A DNA stretch of 32,000 nt from Schaalia meyeri (lineage in GTDB: Bacteria > Actinomycetota > Actinomycetes > Actinomycetales > Actinomycetaceae), in contig NZ_FNLK01000003.1 of the NCBI RefSeq assembly GCF_900105015.1, forward strand, positions 30,001 to 62,000. Direction: 5' to 3'. A model generated the notes under the pieces. The model was given only the letters and a program-made list of their open reading frames with translations, ran no database searches and had not been told where the DNA came from. A program made the translations under genes and the position numbers. Positions 9,100-17,882 of the stretch are shown here, one piece after another (position 1 is the first letter of the stretch; each line of letters starts with the position of its first letter).

Positions 9100-9324
9100 T
9101 CAGCGGCCGCGCTCGCGAGGGTCGATGCGGTGAATCCAGCGCGCCTCGCCGCGCCCCGTTTCCATGCACAGCGTTGCCCACACCCGGTCGGGTTCCACGC
9201 CCCCGGCCAGCGCGTCGCGCGCGGTCCCGCCCAGCGATGGAAGGTACAGGTCGGAAACGTACGAGCGGCCGAGGGCAGAACCGAAGGTCGCCTCGACCGC
9301 CTCGTAAAACTCTGAGTGCTTCAC
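9100..9324 (-). CDS. DUF3046 domain protein (conserved recA-upstream small protein)
   Basis: 74 aa. [53 protein letters not shown] matches the DUF3046 family pattern as I recall it. GTG start at 9324, 3 nt after the upstream regulator's stop. Confidence 0.75.
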   Translation of the reverse strand: MKHSEFYEAVEATFGSALGRSYVSDLYLPSLGGTARDALAGGVEPDRVWATLCMETGRGEARWIHRIDPRERGR

Positions 9325-9327
9325 GCG

Positions 9328-9642
9328 TCAGGAAATGAGCGTGACGGGCACAATATCATCGGGAACCGCATCGGGGACAACCGCACCATCGATGATCGCC
9401 ATGCGTTCGGACACATCGCGCAGAACGAACCAGAGAGGAACGCGCAGGGCCGAGGTGATCGCCTCAAGCAGTTCCGAGGACGCCTCCTTTTGTCCACGCT
9501 CGACCTCGGACAGGTAGCCGAGGGAAACCTGAGCCTCGGAGGAAACCTCGCGCAGGGTGCGACCCTGGCGCTGGCGAATACCGCGCAGGACATCGCCGAG
9601 TTCGCTGCGCAGCAGCGGTGTCTCGCCCAGTGTCTTTTCCAT
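9328..9642 (-). CDS. clgR: XRE-family helix-turn-helix transcriptional regulator, ClgR-like
   Basis: Track ORF 9328..9738, trimmed to ATG 9642 ([62 protein letters not shown]...). The [20 protein letters not shown] core is characteristic of actinobacterial ClgR/PopR regulators found in the pgsA to recA neighbourhood. Confidence 0.75.
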   Translation of the reverse strand: MEKTLGETPLLRSELGDVLRGIRQRQGRTLREVSSEAQVSLGYLSEVERGQKEASSELLEAITSALRVPLWFVLRDVSERMAIIDGAVVPDAVPDDIVPVTLIS

Positions 9643-9812
9643 AGTATTACTGTAGCCGTTCTTGATTGAGGGGCGCATCGTCAGTTCGCGCATCGGACCA
9701 CTTCGACTCGGCACATTGATACCTCGGGTTGCATTCATACCCTGTCAACGTGTGAGAGCCCAACCTTATTCCAACAATCTTTCAACCAATGTATGTGTTG
9801 CGTCACCCGGGC

Positions 9813-10583
9813 TCAACTCTGTGCTTGTTGGCCGACCATATCGTGGCCAGACGGCTTCGACTCCACCGACTCGGCCTCCTCCTCGTGCACAGCCTCCGCT
9901 TCCGCCTCGCACTCGGTCTCCTCCGCCCCGGTCTCCTCCGCGCGCCCGGCCTCGGCCTCGTCACCCGAGGCGCCGCGCACCAGACGAACACCGTCGATGA
10001 TGTAGGTCAACCCGGAATACACCGTCAGCGCCAGCGCGACACCCGCCAGGGCCTGCCCCAGGCGGATCATCAGAACGACCCAGCCCTCGTTGGAGGCAGA
10101 CAACGCAAAGAAATGCTCCCACGGAATGAAGAGGGTCCCCAGCGCGATAATCTGCATGAAGGTCTTGAGCTTGCCCGCGTTGTTCGCAGACACCACGACT
10201 CCACGCCGCAGGAACACGGCGCGCATCGCGGTAATCCCCAGCTCGCGCACCGCGATGAGGATTGTCACCCACCACGGCAGGAACCCCTGGAAGGACAAGA
10301 GAGCGAAGCCGCCCAGCGTCAGCGCCTTGTCAGCGATCGGATCGACGACGCGACCAAAGTCGGTGACCTGTCCCCACGAGCGCGCCAGCTGCCCGTCGAA
10401 GCGATCCGTGACCGCGGCGACGGCGAAAACAACGAAGGCCAGCCACCGCGCAGTCCACGACTCCTGCAATCCCAGCACGACAAAGACAGGAACCAAAACA
10501 AGGCGCGCGACGGTCAGCGCGTTCGGCAGATTCACGAGGGGAACCTTGCTATCTCGTTGCACACGCGACACGTTACCGGTCAT
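9813..10583 (-). CDS. pgsA: CDP-diacylglycerol--glycerol-3-phosphate 3-phosphatidyltransferase
   Basis: Track ORF 9813..10622, trimmed to ATG 10583 (MTGNVSR...; SD GGAAAGGA). CDP-alcohol phosphatidyltransferase motif DRFDGQLAR...GRVVDPIAD and several hydrophobic segments. An acidic tail of about 50 aa sits at the C-terminus. Confidence 0.88.
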   Translation of the reverse strand: MTGNVSRVQRDSKVPLVNLPNALTVARLVLVPVFVVLGLQESWTARWLAFVVFAVAAVTDRFDGQLARSWGQVTDFGRVVDPIADKALTLGGFALLSFQGFLPWWVTILIAVRELGITAMRAVFLRRGVVVSANNAGKLKTFMQIIALGTLFIPWEHFFALSASNEGWVVLMIRLGQALAGVALALTVYSGLTYIIDGVRLVRGASGDEAEAGRAEETGAEETECEAEAEAVHEEEAESVESKPSGHDMVGQQAQS

Positions 10584-10600
10584 GACCGATTCCTTTCCTC

Positions 10601-13441
10601 TCAGCGGCCCGTGAGCTGCCAAGCGTCCTCATCGTCGTCAGGTTCCGCATCCACCCAGTCGGGCGAAGAACCACCATAGTTATGACCAGAGTACGGGTCT
10701 ACCCCACCGCCGCGCGAATCGCGCGATCTCGCCTCGCCCATTTCGTCGCCGGACGCGCCTCCCGTCCCCGCCTCATCCGAGGTCATCGTTGCGTCTCGCG
10801 CTCCGCCTGTTTCGCCGTCGCCGCAAACGGGCACCCCCTCGGCGGCGGCAGGGCCGGGTACGGGGGCGTTAAAAGCCGCCGCGGACTGCGATGTCGGGGC
10901 GCTCGGCTCTGAACCGCCGATGCCGCTGGATTCTCCACGCAGCATCGCGAGCACTTCGGGGAGTTGCTCGGGGGCAACCAGCACCTGCCTGGCCTTGGAC
11001 CCTTCGGACGGACCGACGATCTCCCTGGATTCGAGCAGATCCATGAGGCGCCCGGCGCGGGCGAATCCGACGCGGAGCTTGCGTTGGAGCATTGACGTGG
11101 AGCCCAGCTGCGTCGAGACGACGAGCTCGGCAGCCTGCAGGAGGTCTTCAAGGTCGTCTCCGATGTCTTCGGCGACCTTCGTTTCCTTCTTGTCGGGCAC
11201 CACGTCGTCTCGATAGTGCGCCTCCATCTGGCCTTTGACGTGCGCGACGACCTGGTGAATCTCAGATTCGCTAACCCATGCTCCCTGGACCCGCATGGGC
11301 TTGGAGGCACCCGCGGGCAGGTAGAGGGCGTCGCCCTGACCGATGAGTTTCTCCGCGCCGGGTTGGTCAAGAATCGTACGCGAGTCGGTCAGCGAGGAGG
11401 TCGCGAAGGCCAGCCGCGAGGGGATGTTCGCTTTGATGAGCCCTGTGACAACATCGACCGACGGGCGCTGAGTGGCCAGCACCAGGTGAATGCCCGCGGC
11501 GCGCGCCAGCTGCGTGATGCGCTGAATGGAAGCTTCGACGTCGCGAGGGGCGACCATCATGAGGTCGGCGAGCTCGTCGACAACCACGAGCAGGTACGGG
11601 TAGGGATGGAGGGTGCGTTGCAGGCCGGGCTTCGCCTGAACCTGCCCGGCGGCGACGGCCTTGTTGAAGTCGTCGATGTGCTTGAAGCCGTAGTCAGAGA
11701 GGTCGTCGTAGCGGGCGTCCATCTCTTTGACGACCCATTCGAGTGCTTCGGCGGCCTTCTTCGGGTCGGTGATGATCGGCGAGATGAGGTGCGGGATGCC
11801 CTCGTAGATCGTCAGTTCGACGCGCTTGGGGTCAACGAGGATCATGCGCACCTGCTGGGGGGTGGCGCGCATCATGATTGAGGTGATCATGGAGTTCACG
11901 AAGGAGGACTTACCGGAACCGGTTTGGCCTGCGACCAGCATGTGCGGCGTCTTGGCCAGGTTGGTGACCACGTAACCGCCTTCGACGTCCTTGCCGACGC
12001 CGACGACCAGTGGATGCTGGTTGCGACGCGCGGCCGCGGAACGCAGCACATCGCCGAGCGCGACGTTTTCACGGTCGGCGTTGGGGATCTCGATGCCGAT
12101 GGCGCTCTTTCCGGGAATAGGCGCGAGGATGCGCACGTCCGCGGACGCCACCGCGTAGGCGATGTTCTTAGAGAGGTTGGTGAGTTTGTCGACCTTGACG
12201 CCGGCCCCCAGGACCACCTCGTAGCGGGTGACCGTCGGGCCGCGGGAGAACCCGGTCACGCGCGCGTCGATGCTAAAGTCAGCGAAGACCTGTCCGAGGG
12301 CCGCGACAACCTGGTCGTTCACGGCGGAACGCGTCATGTGGGGCGGCCCGGACACGAGCAAGTCATCGGAGGGCAGCGTGTAGGTGATGGACTCGTCCAG
12401 GTCGGGTTGGAACGCGCCCTCGGGCTCGTCAGTAATCGGCGGCGGCGCGGGTATGTCTTCGGGCGCGGGCCCCTGCGCGGGTGCCACGGCTGGACGCATC
12501 TGGGTCAGCGTCTCGGTCGGCGCATCAGAAGAGGACTGACGAGGCCGAGGAATGGGTGCGACCGCGGGAACGCCCCCGGATTCGAGCAGGCGAGTATCGC
12601 CGACGGCCTCGGTGTCCGTCGCCTTCCGGAAGGATTCGTCGCCGTCGTACTGGTCGAGAAAGGGGTCCTCACCCGCCGCGAGATCCTTGCGCGACTGGCG
12701 GCGCGCCTTCTCGGCGGGATCCGCGACCGCCTCACTGCTGCCGTCTTCCCCCCGCTTACCCACGCCGCTCAGGTGCGCAGCCATGTCGCGTAGGCGCCCG
12801 GGAACGTCGGCGACTGCCGTACGGGTAGCGAGCAGGATCGAATAGGCCAGTAGAAGAATCATCAGGGCGCCTGCCCCCCACCCCGACAGGAGGTAGATGA
12901 GCGGGCGGGCGATGAACCAGCCGAGGATACCGCCCGCTGTCTCGATGCCGGGGTCCTGTTCGAGCCCGGGGTTTCCGTGCGAAATGTGAACCAGGCCAGT
13001 CAGGGCAAGAGAGATGCCGACGCCACCCGCGATGTGGTGGGGCAGGGCGGAACGCCCGGATCGGGCCGATACGAGCTCGACGGCCAGAGCGACGAGAAGG
13101 AGGGGCACAACCACCGAGAAGATACCGAATAGCCCCGCGGACGCGTGGTGGATCGCGTTTCCGGCCTCGCCGGAGATCTGGAACCACTCGCGCAGGGCAA
13201 CAACGATCGCTGCTGCCACCGCAACGAATGCTGCCGCGTCGCGCTTGACCTGCGAATCGGTCGCTTTCCACGCCCGCGCGGCCCCGAGGGCGACCCGCCC
13301 GACGGCCGCGAAGAAGCGAGCCAGGAAGCCCCGCTGTGCGGGTTCTGGCTGGGGTGCTTGAGCTGGCCGGGGGGAGCCTCCCTTGCCGCGCGGGCGCGCG
13401 GGGGCTTTACCGGACGAGGAGCGTGGAGACGAATGTGCCAT
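10601..13441 (-). CDS. ftsK: DNA translocase FtsK
   Basis: 946 aa. N-terminal transmembrane segments, Pro/Ala-rich linker, motor domain with Walker A GQTGSGKS and Walker B LLVVVDELADLMM, and gamma winged-helix STSMLQRKLRVGFARAGRLMDLLE. A Gly/Asp-rich extension follows. Confidence 0.95.
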   Translation of the reverse strand: MAHSSPRSSSGKAPARPRGKGGSPRPAQAPQPEPAQRGFLARFFAAVGRVALGAARAWKATDSQVKRDAAAFVAVAAAIVVALREWFQISGEAGNAIHHASAGLFGIFSVVVPLLLVALAVELVSARSGRSALPHHIAGGVGISLALTGLVHISHGNPGLEQDPGIETAGGILGWFIARPLIYLLSGWGAGALMILLLAYSILLATRTAVADVPGRLRDMAAHLSGVGKRGEDGSSEAVADPAEKARRQSRKDLAAGEDPFLDQYDGDESFRKATDTEAVGDTRLLESGGVPAVAPIPRPRQSSSDAPTETLTQMRPAVAPAQGPAPEDIPAPPPITDEPEGAFQPDLDESITYTLPSDDLLVSGPPHMTRSAVNDQVVAALGQVFADFSIDARVTGFSRGPTVTRYEVVLGAGVKVDKLTNLSKNIAYAVASADVRILAPIPGKSAIGIEIPNADRENVALGDVLRSAAARRNQHPLVVGVGKDVEGGYVVTNLAKTPHMLVAGQTGSGKSSFVNSMITSIMMRATPQQVRMILVDPKRVELTIYEGIPHLISPIITDPKKAAEALEWVVKEMDARYDDLSDYGFKHIDDFNKAVAAGQVQAKPGLQRTLHPYPYLLVVVDELADLMMVAPRDVEASIQRITQLARAAGIHLVLATQRPSVDVVTGLIKANIPSRLAFATSSLTDSRTILDQPGAEKLIGQGDALYLPAGASKPMRVQGAWVSESEIHQVVAHVKGQMEAHYRDDVVPDKKETKVAEDIGDDLEDLLQAAELVVSTQLGSTSMLQRKLRVGFARAGRLMDLLESREIVGPSEGSKARQVLVAPEQLPEVLAMLRGESSGIGGSEPSAPTSQSAAAFNAPVPGPAAAEGVPVCGDGETGGARDATMTSDEAGTGGASGDEMGEARSRDSRGGGVDPYSGHNYGGSSPDWVDAEPDDDEDAWQLTGR

Positions 13442-13497
13442 GGTTGTTCCACGATATCGCTCAAGCAGCCCCTTAGGAAGAGGCGCGCCGCGTGTCC

Positions 13498-14445
13498 TCA
13501 GCGCAAAATATTAGTAACCACACCGGTTTCGAGGACGTTTTCCACCTGATCGCGCGTGGGAACCGGCAGGGCGGACTCGTGAGAGATCGCAAGGGCGGCG
13601 CCCGCGTTCGCCATGAGGCACGCGGTCTCCAGGTCATAGCCTAAAAGGAGGCCGGCGCACATCTCCGCGATGTGTGTGTCACCTACGCCAGCGGTATCCG
13701 CGATGCGGGCATCGAATGCGGGGATCGAGATGACGGGCGCATCTGCATGGAGTTGGAGCTCGCAGCCCCTCTCCCCCACGCGGCGAACCGTCGCGGCATC
13801 GGCGCGCATGTAGGACCGAATCGTGGAACCGTGCCGGTGGGCATCGAGAGTGCTCCCCAGCGCGGCGGCCTCCCGGCTGTTCATGGTCACGATATCCGCC
13901 CGCGGGAAGATCGTCTCCCACGCCTCGACGGGAACCTGGGCGACGGCGGGCGAGACCGACACGACAAGAGTAACGAAAGGGGGCAGGGAGGACGCCCACT
14001 CGCTCAGCTCGGAGGCGGAGTGCGCACTGGTCATGTCAGATGCCGCCACGTGGATAACATCGCCCTCACGCAGCTTGATGTGCTCCAGAGTGTCACGCGA
14101 CGGCTCCGACTCCACGCCGGCCGTGACGACCGACCGCATCGACCCGTCTTCGACGATCAGCTGGATGACGACGCCGATATCGCCAACCAGCTCGGGGGTC
14201 AGGACATCAACCCCGGCCTCGACCAGCTGTTGGCGGACCGCAAAAGAATTGGGTCCCGTCCCCAGCGGCGACGCGGCGGCCGCCGGAACCCCCATGGCGG
14301 CTGCCGCACACAGGGTCGTAAAGCCCCCGCCCGGTCGCGAGCTAGCCGCGTCGGCGTGCACCGAACCACCACGCTCGGGCATGTACGCGATGTGCATCGG
14401 CAACACCAGCGCAACAGAGTGCGTCGAAATAAAGCGACCCAACAC
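13498..14445 (-). CDS. PfkB-family (ribokinase-like) carbohydrate/small-molecule kinase, substrate unknown
   Basis: Track ORF 13498..14508 (TTG start), trimmed to GTG 14445, which is preceded by a strong SD (GAGGAGGAAGG, then 4 nt). C-terminal PfkB signature DTAGVGDTH, plus ...IVTMNSREAAAL.... Confidence 0.7.
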   Translation of the reverse strand: MLGRFISTHSVALVLPMHIAYMPERGGSVHADAASSRPGGGFTTLCAAAAMGVPAAAASPLGTGPNSFAVRQQLVEAGVDVLTPELVGDIGVVIQLIVEDGSMRSVVTAGVESEPSRDTLEHIKLREGDVIHVAASDMTSAHSASELSEWASSLPPFVTLVVSVSPAVAQVPVEAWETIFPRADIVTMNSREAAALGSTLDAHRHGSTIRSYMRADAATVRRVGERGCELQLHADAPVISIPAFDARIADTAGVGDTHIAEMCAGLLLGYDLETACLMANAGAALAISHESALPVPTRDQVENVLETGVVTNILR

Positions 14446-14513
14446 GGAACCTTCCTCCTCATTCAGCGCGCCATCGCCACCGGGCCACGGCCTCGTCAGC
14501 TGCTTCAACCAGC

Positions 14514-16208
14514 CTACTGCTCGGTAACCACCGGAACGATCATAGGCCGACGACGCAGGCGCCGCGCAACCCAGCGACCGATCACGCGACGCATCGCCTG
14601 CTGCAGGACGTACGGGTCCTGCCCCCCGGGAGCCGCCGCTTCTGTGAGGGCCTTGGTGACGTCGGGCAGGATCTCCTCGAACACGTCATCGTCTTCGGCC
14701 ATACCGATCGCGCGAATCTCGGGGCCCGCCAGCACAGTCCCAGAGTCGTGCTCGACAACCGCGAAAATCGAGATGAAGCCCTCCGACCCCAGGGTGCGGC
14801 GAGTTTCCAGCTCATCCTCGGAAATCTCGCCGATCGAGCGGCCATCCACGTACACGTACTCGCAGGGAACGATGCCCGACACGCGAGCCGTGCCGTCCTT
14901 TAAATCAACGGTCACGCCGTCCTCGGCCAGGACCACGTTGCGCGGGCTGATGCCCGTCTTGACGGCCAGCTGACCGTTGCCGACCAGGTGGCGAACCTCC
15001 CCGTGAATGGGCATGACGTTCTTCGGCTGGATGATGTTGTAGCAGTAAATGAGTTCCCCGGCGCTCGCGTGACCGGAGACGTGAACCTTCGCGTTTTCCT
15101 TGGACACGACGCGCGCCCCCAGCCGCGTCAGGTCGTTGATGACGCGGTACACGGAGTTCTCATTGCCCGGGATCAACGACGAAGCGAGCACGATCATGTC
15201 GCCTGGCTCGATTCGAACCGTGCGGTGGGAGCCCACCGACATACGCGAGAGGGCGGCCATGGGCTCACCCTGCGACCCCGTCGCCATGTACACGCGCTGC
15301 GAGGGCGGCAGATCACCGATCTCCTTCAGGTCCACGATGATGCCCTCGGGGATCGACAGGTAGCCCTTTTCCTCGGCGATGCGCATGTTGCGCTCCATCG
15401 AGCGCCCCACGAACGCGACGCGGCGCCCGTGATGAGCGGCTGCGTTGATGACCTGCTGGACACGGTGCACGTGGGAGGCGAAGGAAGCCACGACGATCTG
15501 ACCGCCGTCGGCCTCGCCAAACACCTGATCGAGAACCGGGCCAATCTCGCGTTCGGGCGTAATGAAACCGGGAACCAGGGCGTTTGTGGAGTCAACCATG
15601 AACAGGTCAACGCCCTCCTCTCCCATACGGGCGAAGGCACGCAGGTCGGTCAGACGGCGGTCCAGCGGCAGCTGGTCCATCTTAAAGTCGCCCGTGATCA
15701 GCACGTTACCGGCCCCGGTACGCACGAACACGGCGAGCGCGTCGGGGATCGAGTGCGTGACGGAGACAAACTCAAGGTCGAAGGGCCCCACGGTCAGGCG
15801 TTCGCCCTCCGCGACGATGGTGAGGCCGGGGTCGCTCAGGCGGTGTTCACGCAGCTTGGGGGCCACGAACGCCAGCGTCAGGTCCGAGCCGTAGATAGGG
15901 ATGTCGCCGCGCAGCTTGAGCAAGTAGGGCACGGCGCCGATGTGATCCTCGTGGCCGTGCGTCAAAACCAGGCCGACGACGTCGTCCATGCGGTCCTCGA
16001 TCCAGGAAAAGTCGGGCAGGATCAGGTCCACGCCCGGCTGGGTTTCCTCGGGGAAGAGAACGCCACAGTCCACGACCAAGAGCTTGCCCCGGTACTCGAG
16101 GACGTTCATGTTGCGCCCTATCTCGCCGAGACCTCCCAGCGGTATCACTCGCAATGCGTCATCTTCCAGGGGCGCGGGCTCGCTGAGGTTCTCGTACAAA
16201 GACTTCAT
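14514..16208 (-). CDS. rnj: Ribonuclease J
   Basis: Track ORF 14514..16319, trimmed to ATG 16208 (MKSLYENLSEPAPLEDDALRVIPLGGLGEIGRNMNVLEY). Metallo-beta-lactamase motif LTHGHEDHIG, then beta-CASP and a C-terminal domain. Confidence 0.92.
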   Translation of the reverse strand: MKSLYENLSEPAPLEDDALRVIPLGGLGEIGRNMNVLEYRGKLLVVDCGVLFPEETQPGVDLILPDFSWIEDRMDDVVGLVLTHGHEDHIGAVPYLLKLRGDIPIYGSDLTLAFVAPKLREHRLSDPGLTIVAEGERLTVGPFDLEFVSVTHSIPDALAVFVRTGAGNVLITGDFKMDQLPLDRRLTDLRAFARMGEEGVDLFMVDSTNALVPGFITPEREIGPVLDQVFGEADGGQIVVASFASHVHRVQQVINAAAHHGRRVAFVGRSMERNMRIAEEKGYLSIPEGIIVDLKEIGDLPPSQRVYMATGSQGEPMAALSRMSVGSHRTVRIEPGDMIVLASSLIPGNENSVYRVINDLTRLGARVVSKENAKVHVSGHASAGELIYCYNIIQPKNVMPIHGEVRHLVGNGQLAVKTGISPRNVVLAEDGVTVDLKDGTARVSGIVPCEYVYVDGRSIGEISEDELETRRTLGSEGFISIFAVVEHDSGTVLAGPEIRAIGMAEDDDVFEEILPDVTKALTEAAAPGGQDPYVLQQAMRRVIGRWVARRLRRRPMIVPVVTEQ

Positions 16209-16358
16209 GATGCCAGTCTGCCACGTCGGCGGCTCTTTGCCCGCATCGGGGAACATCTTAAACGGGTCGGTCCCCTCACACTTGGTAGGTGAAGCGACCC
16301 AACGCGTGCCGACGGGCAACGAAGCCGGGCAGGCCTGCGTCTCTCGGCAATACTGGGC

Positions 16359-17255
16359 TCAGACAAGCCCGGCGCGACTCATGGCGCGCCGCAGGGCACT
16401 CACCTCGGCGTCGCTGATCCCCACCATGGGCAGGCGCACGGCGGGGCTGTCGATAACACCCTGGAGCCACAGCGCGTATTTGGCGAGGACAGCCCCCTGT
16501 CCGCCTCCCATGATGGCGTGGACCAGTGGACGCAGCGAGTAGGAAAGCTCGCGGGCCTCCCACACCCGGTCGCCATCCAACAGCTCGATCATGCGGCGGT
16601 AGTGGGTGGAAGCGATGTGGGCGACGACGGAGATAAAGCCGGAGGCGCCACCCGTCATCCACGCAAAGTTGAGGCCGTCGTCGCCCGAGTAGTACTCCAG
16701 GCCGGTACGGTGCATGCGTTCCACGCCCGTTTCGATGTCACCAGTCGAATCCTTGACGGCCCGGATGCGTGGGTGCTGGGCGAGGACGTCGAGGGTCGCA
16801 TCGGAGAAGGCGATGCCCGTTCGCCCGGGAATGTCGTAGAGCATGATCGGCAGGTCGGTCGCGTTGGCGACGGCATGTACGTGGGCGCGCAGCCCCTCCT
16901 GGGAGGGGCGGTTGTAGTAGGGGGAGACGACCAGGATCCCGTCCGCTCCGTGCTCCTGGGCACCCTCTGCGATGCGTACAGCGTGCGCCGTGTCGTTCGA
17001 GCATGCGCCGCACAGAATGAACGCCCGGTTCCCCACAGCCTCACGGACCGCGTCTGTCAGGTCGTTCTTCTCCGGTTGGTGCGTCGTCGGCGACTCGCCC
17101 GTCGTGCCGGACAGCAGGATCGCGTCGCACCCTTCGTCGACCAGTTTGCCGGCCAGGCGCTGGGCGGACGTCACATCAACCTCGCCCGATTCGGTCATGG
17201 GCGTGACCATGGCGGCGGCGAGGGAACCGAAGCGGCGGGGAGGAACGTGGCTCAT
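16359..17255 (-). CDS. dapA: 4-hydroxy-tetrahydrodipicolinate synthase
   Basis: Track ORF 16359..17273. Contains FGSLAAAMVTPM, GTTGESPT and IRAVKDSTGD (Schiff-base Lys region). Start chosen at ATG 17255 (MSHVPPRRFGSL); ATGs at 17264 and 17273 are alternatives. Confidence 0.92.
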   Translation of the reverse strand: MSHVPPRRFGSLAAAMVTPMTESGEVDVTSAQRLAGKLVDEGCDAILLSGTTGESPTTHQPEKNDLTDAVREAVGNRAFILCGACSNDTAHAVRIAEGAQEHGADGILVVSPYYNRPSQEGLRAHVHAVANATDLPIMLYDIPGRTGIAFSDATLDVLAQHPRIRAVKDSTGDIETGVERMHRTGLEYYSGDDGLNFAWMTGGASGFISVVAHIASTHYRRMIELLDGDRVWEARELSYSLRPLVHAIMGGGQGAVLAKYALWLQGVIDSPAVRLPMVGISDAEVSALRRAMSRAGLV

Positions 17256-17345
17256 GCGTCCCATCCTACGCACAACGCGCGGAGCGGGGTGCGAGAGGGC
17301 CGCATTGCGGGCGACTCACGCGCACCGTTGGGCTCCGCTGGTCCT

Positions 17346-17882
17346 TTAGTCGCACCGTGCCCACCACATGTGCTGGGTTATCCCCTTGCCGATGCTGCGC
17401 ACCGCACCCGAGGGCGCAAATCCCGCCGATGTGTAAAAGCGCTGGCGTTGCGCGTCACCCGCGCTGATCCACACGCGCAGCTGCCCTCTCGTCAGATCTG
17501 CGATGGCCGACAGCATACGCGAGGCGTGTCCGGCGCGACGGAAATCCCGATCCACAACCAGCTCGTACACCTGCGTGGCCTCGCCCCATCCCCCGCCGGG
17601 CGCGCCCCGAGAATCCGAGGATGCCTCGTCGGGTCCCGCGAAAGCAAAGCCTACGACCGCGTGGCCGTGCAGGGCAACGAGCAGCGCGGTGCGTGCGGGC
17701 CTGGGCGCGGACAGGGTTTCGTTCCACCGCTGCGCGAGGGATCGCTCGGTGATTCCCTGTGCCGCGAGCACCCCCTCGCCCATGAGTGTCCGCCACGCGG
17801 CCAGTTGCAGGCGCGCGATAGCCCCCTCGTCACCGCGTTGGGCGGGCCTCACCGAGCGGTCGGCGTCCACGGGAAAGCTCAC
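17346..17882 (-). CDS. GNAT-family N-acetyltransferase, substrate unknown
   Basis: 178 aa. Acetyl-CoA-binding motif A-like segment ELVVDRDFRRAGHASRML. GTG start at 17882-17880 overlaps the dapB stop at 17881-17879 (GTGA). Confidence 0.7.
   Translation of the reverse strand: MSFPVDADRSVRPAQRGDEGAIARLQLAAWRTLMGEGVLAAQGITERSLAQRWNETLSAPRPARTALLVALHGHAVVGFAFAGPDEASSDSRGAPGGGWGEATQVYELVVDRDFRRAGHASRMLSAIADLTRGQLRVWISAGDAQRQRFYTSAGFAPSGAVRSIGKGITQHMWWARCD

Noticed and set aside
9670-9700. Possible ClgR operator (CGC-N5-GCG or GTTCGC-N5-GCG) near GTTCGCGCATCGG
   Set aside because: GTTCGC is present (9684-9689), but the second half-site is GGA, not GCG. It does not satisfy the consensus as I recall it, so I report only the direct repeat.
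9715-9749. Candidate sigma-70-type promoter for the XRE regulator: TTGACA (9749-9744) with TATCAAT (9721-9715)
   Set aside because: The spacer is 22 nt, too long for a functional -35/-10 pair. The TANNNT at 9654-9649 next to the ATG is a better candidate.
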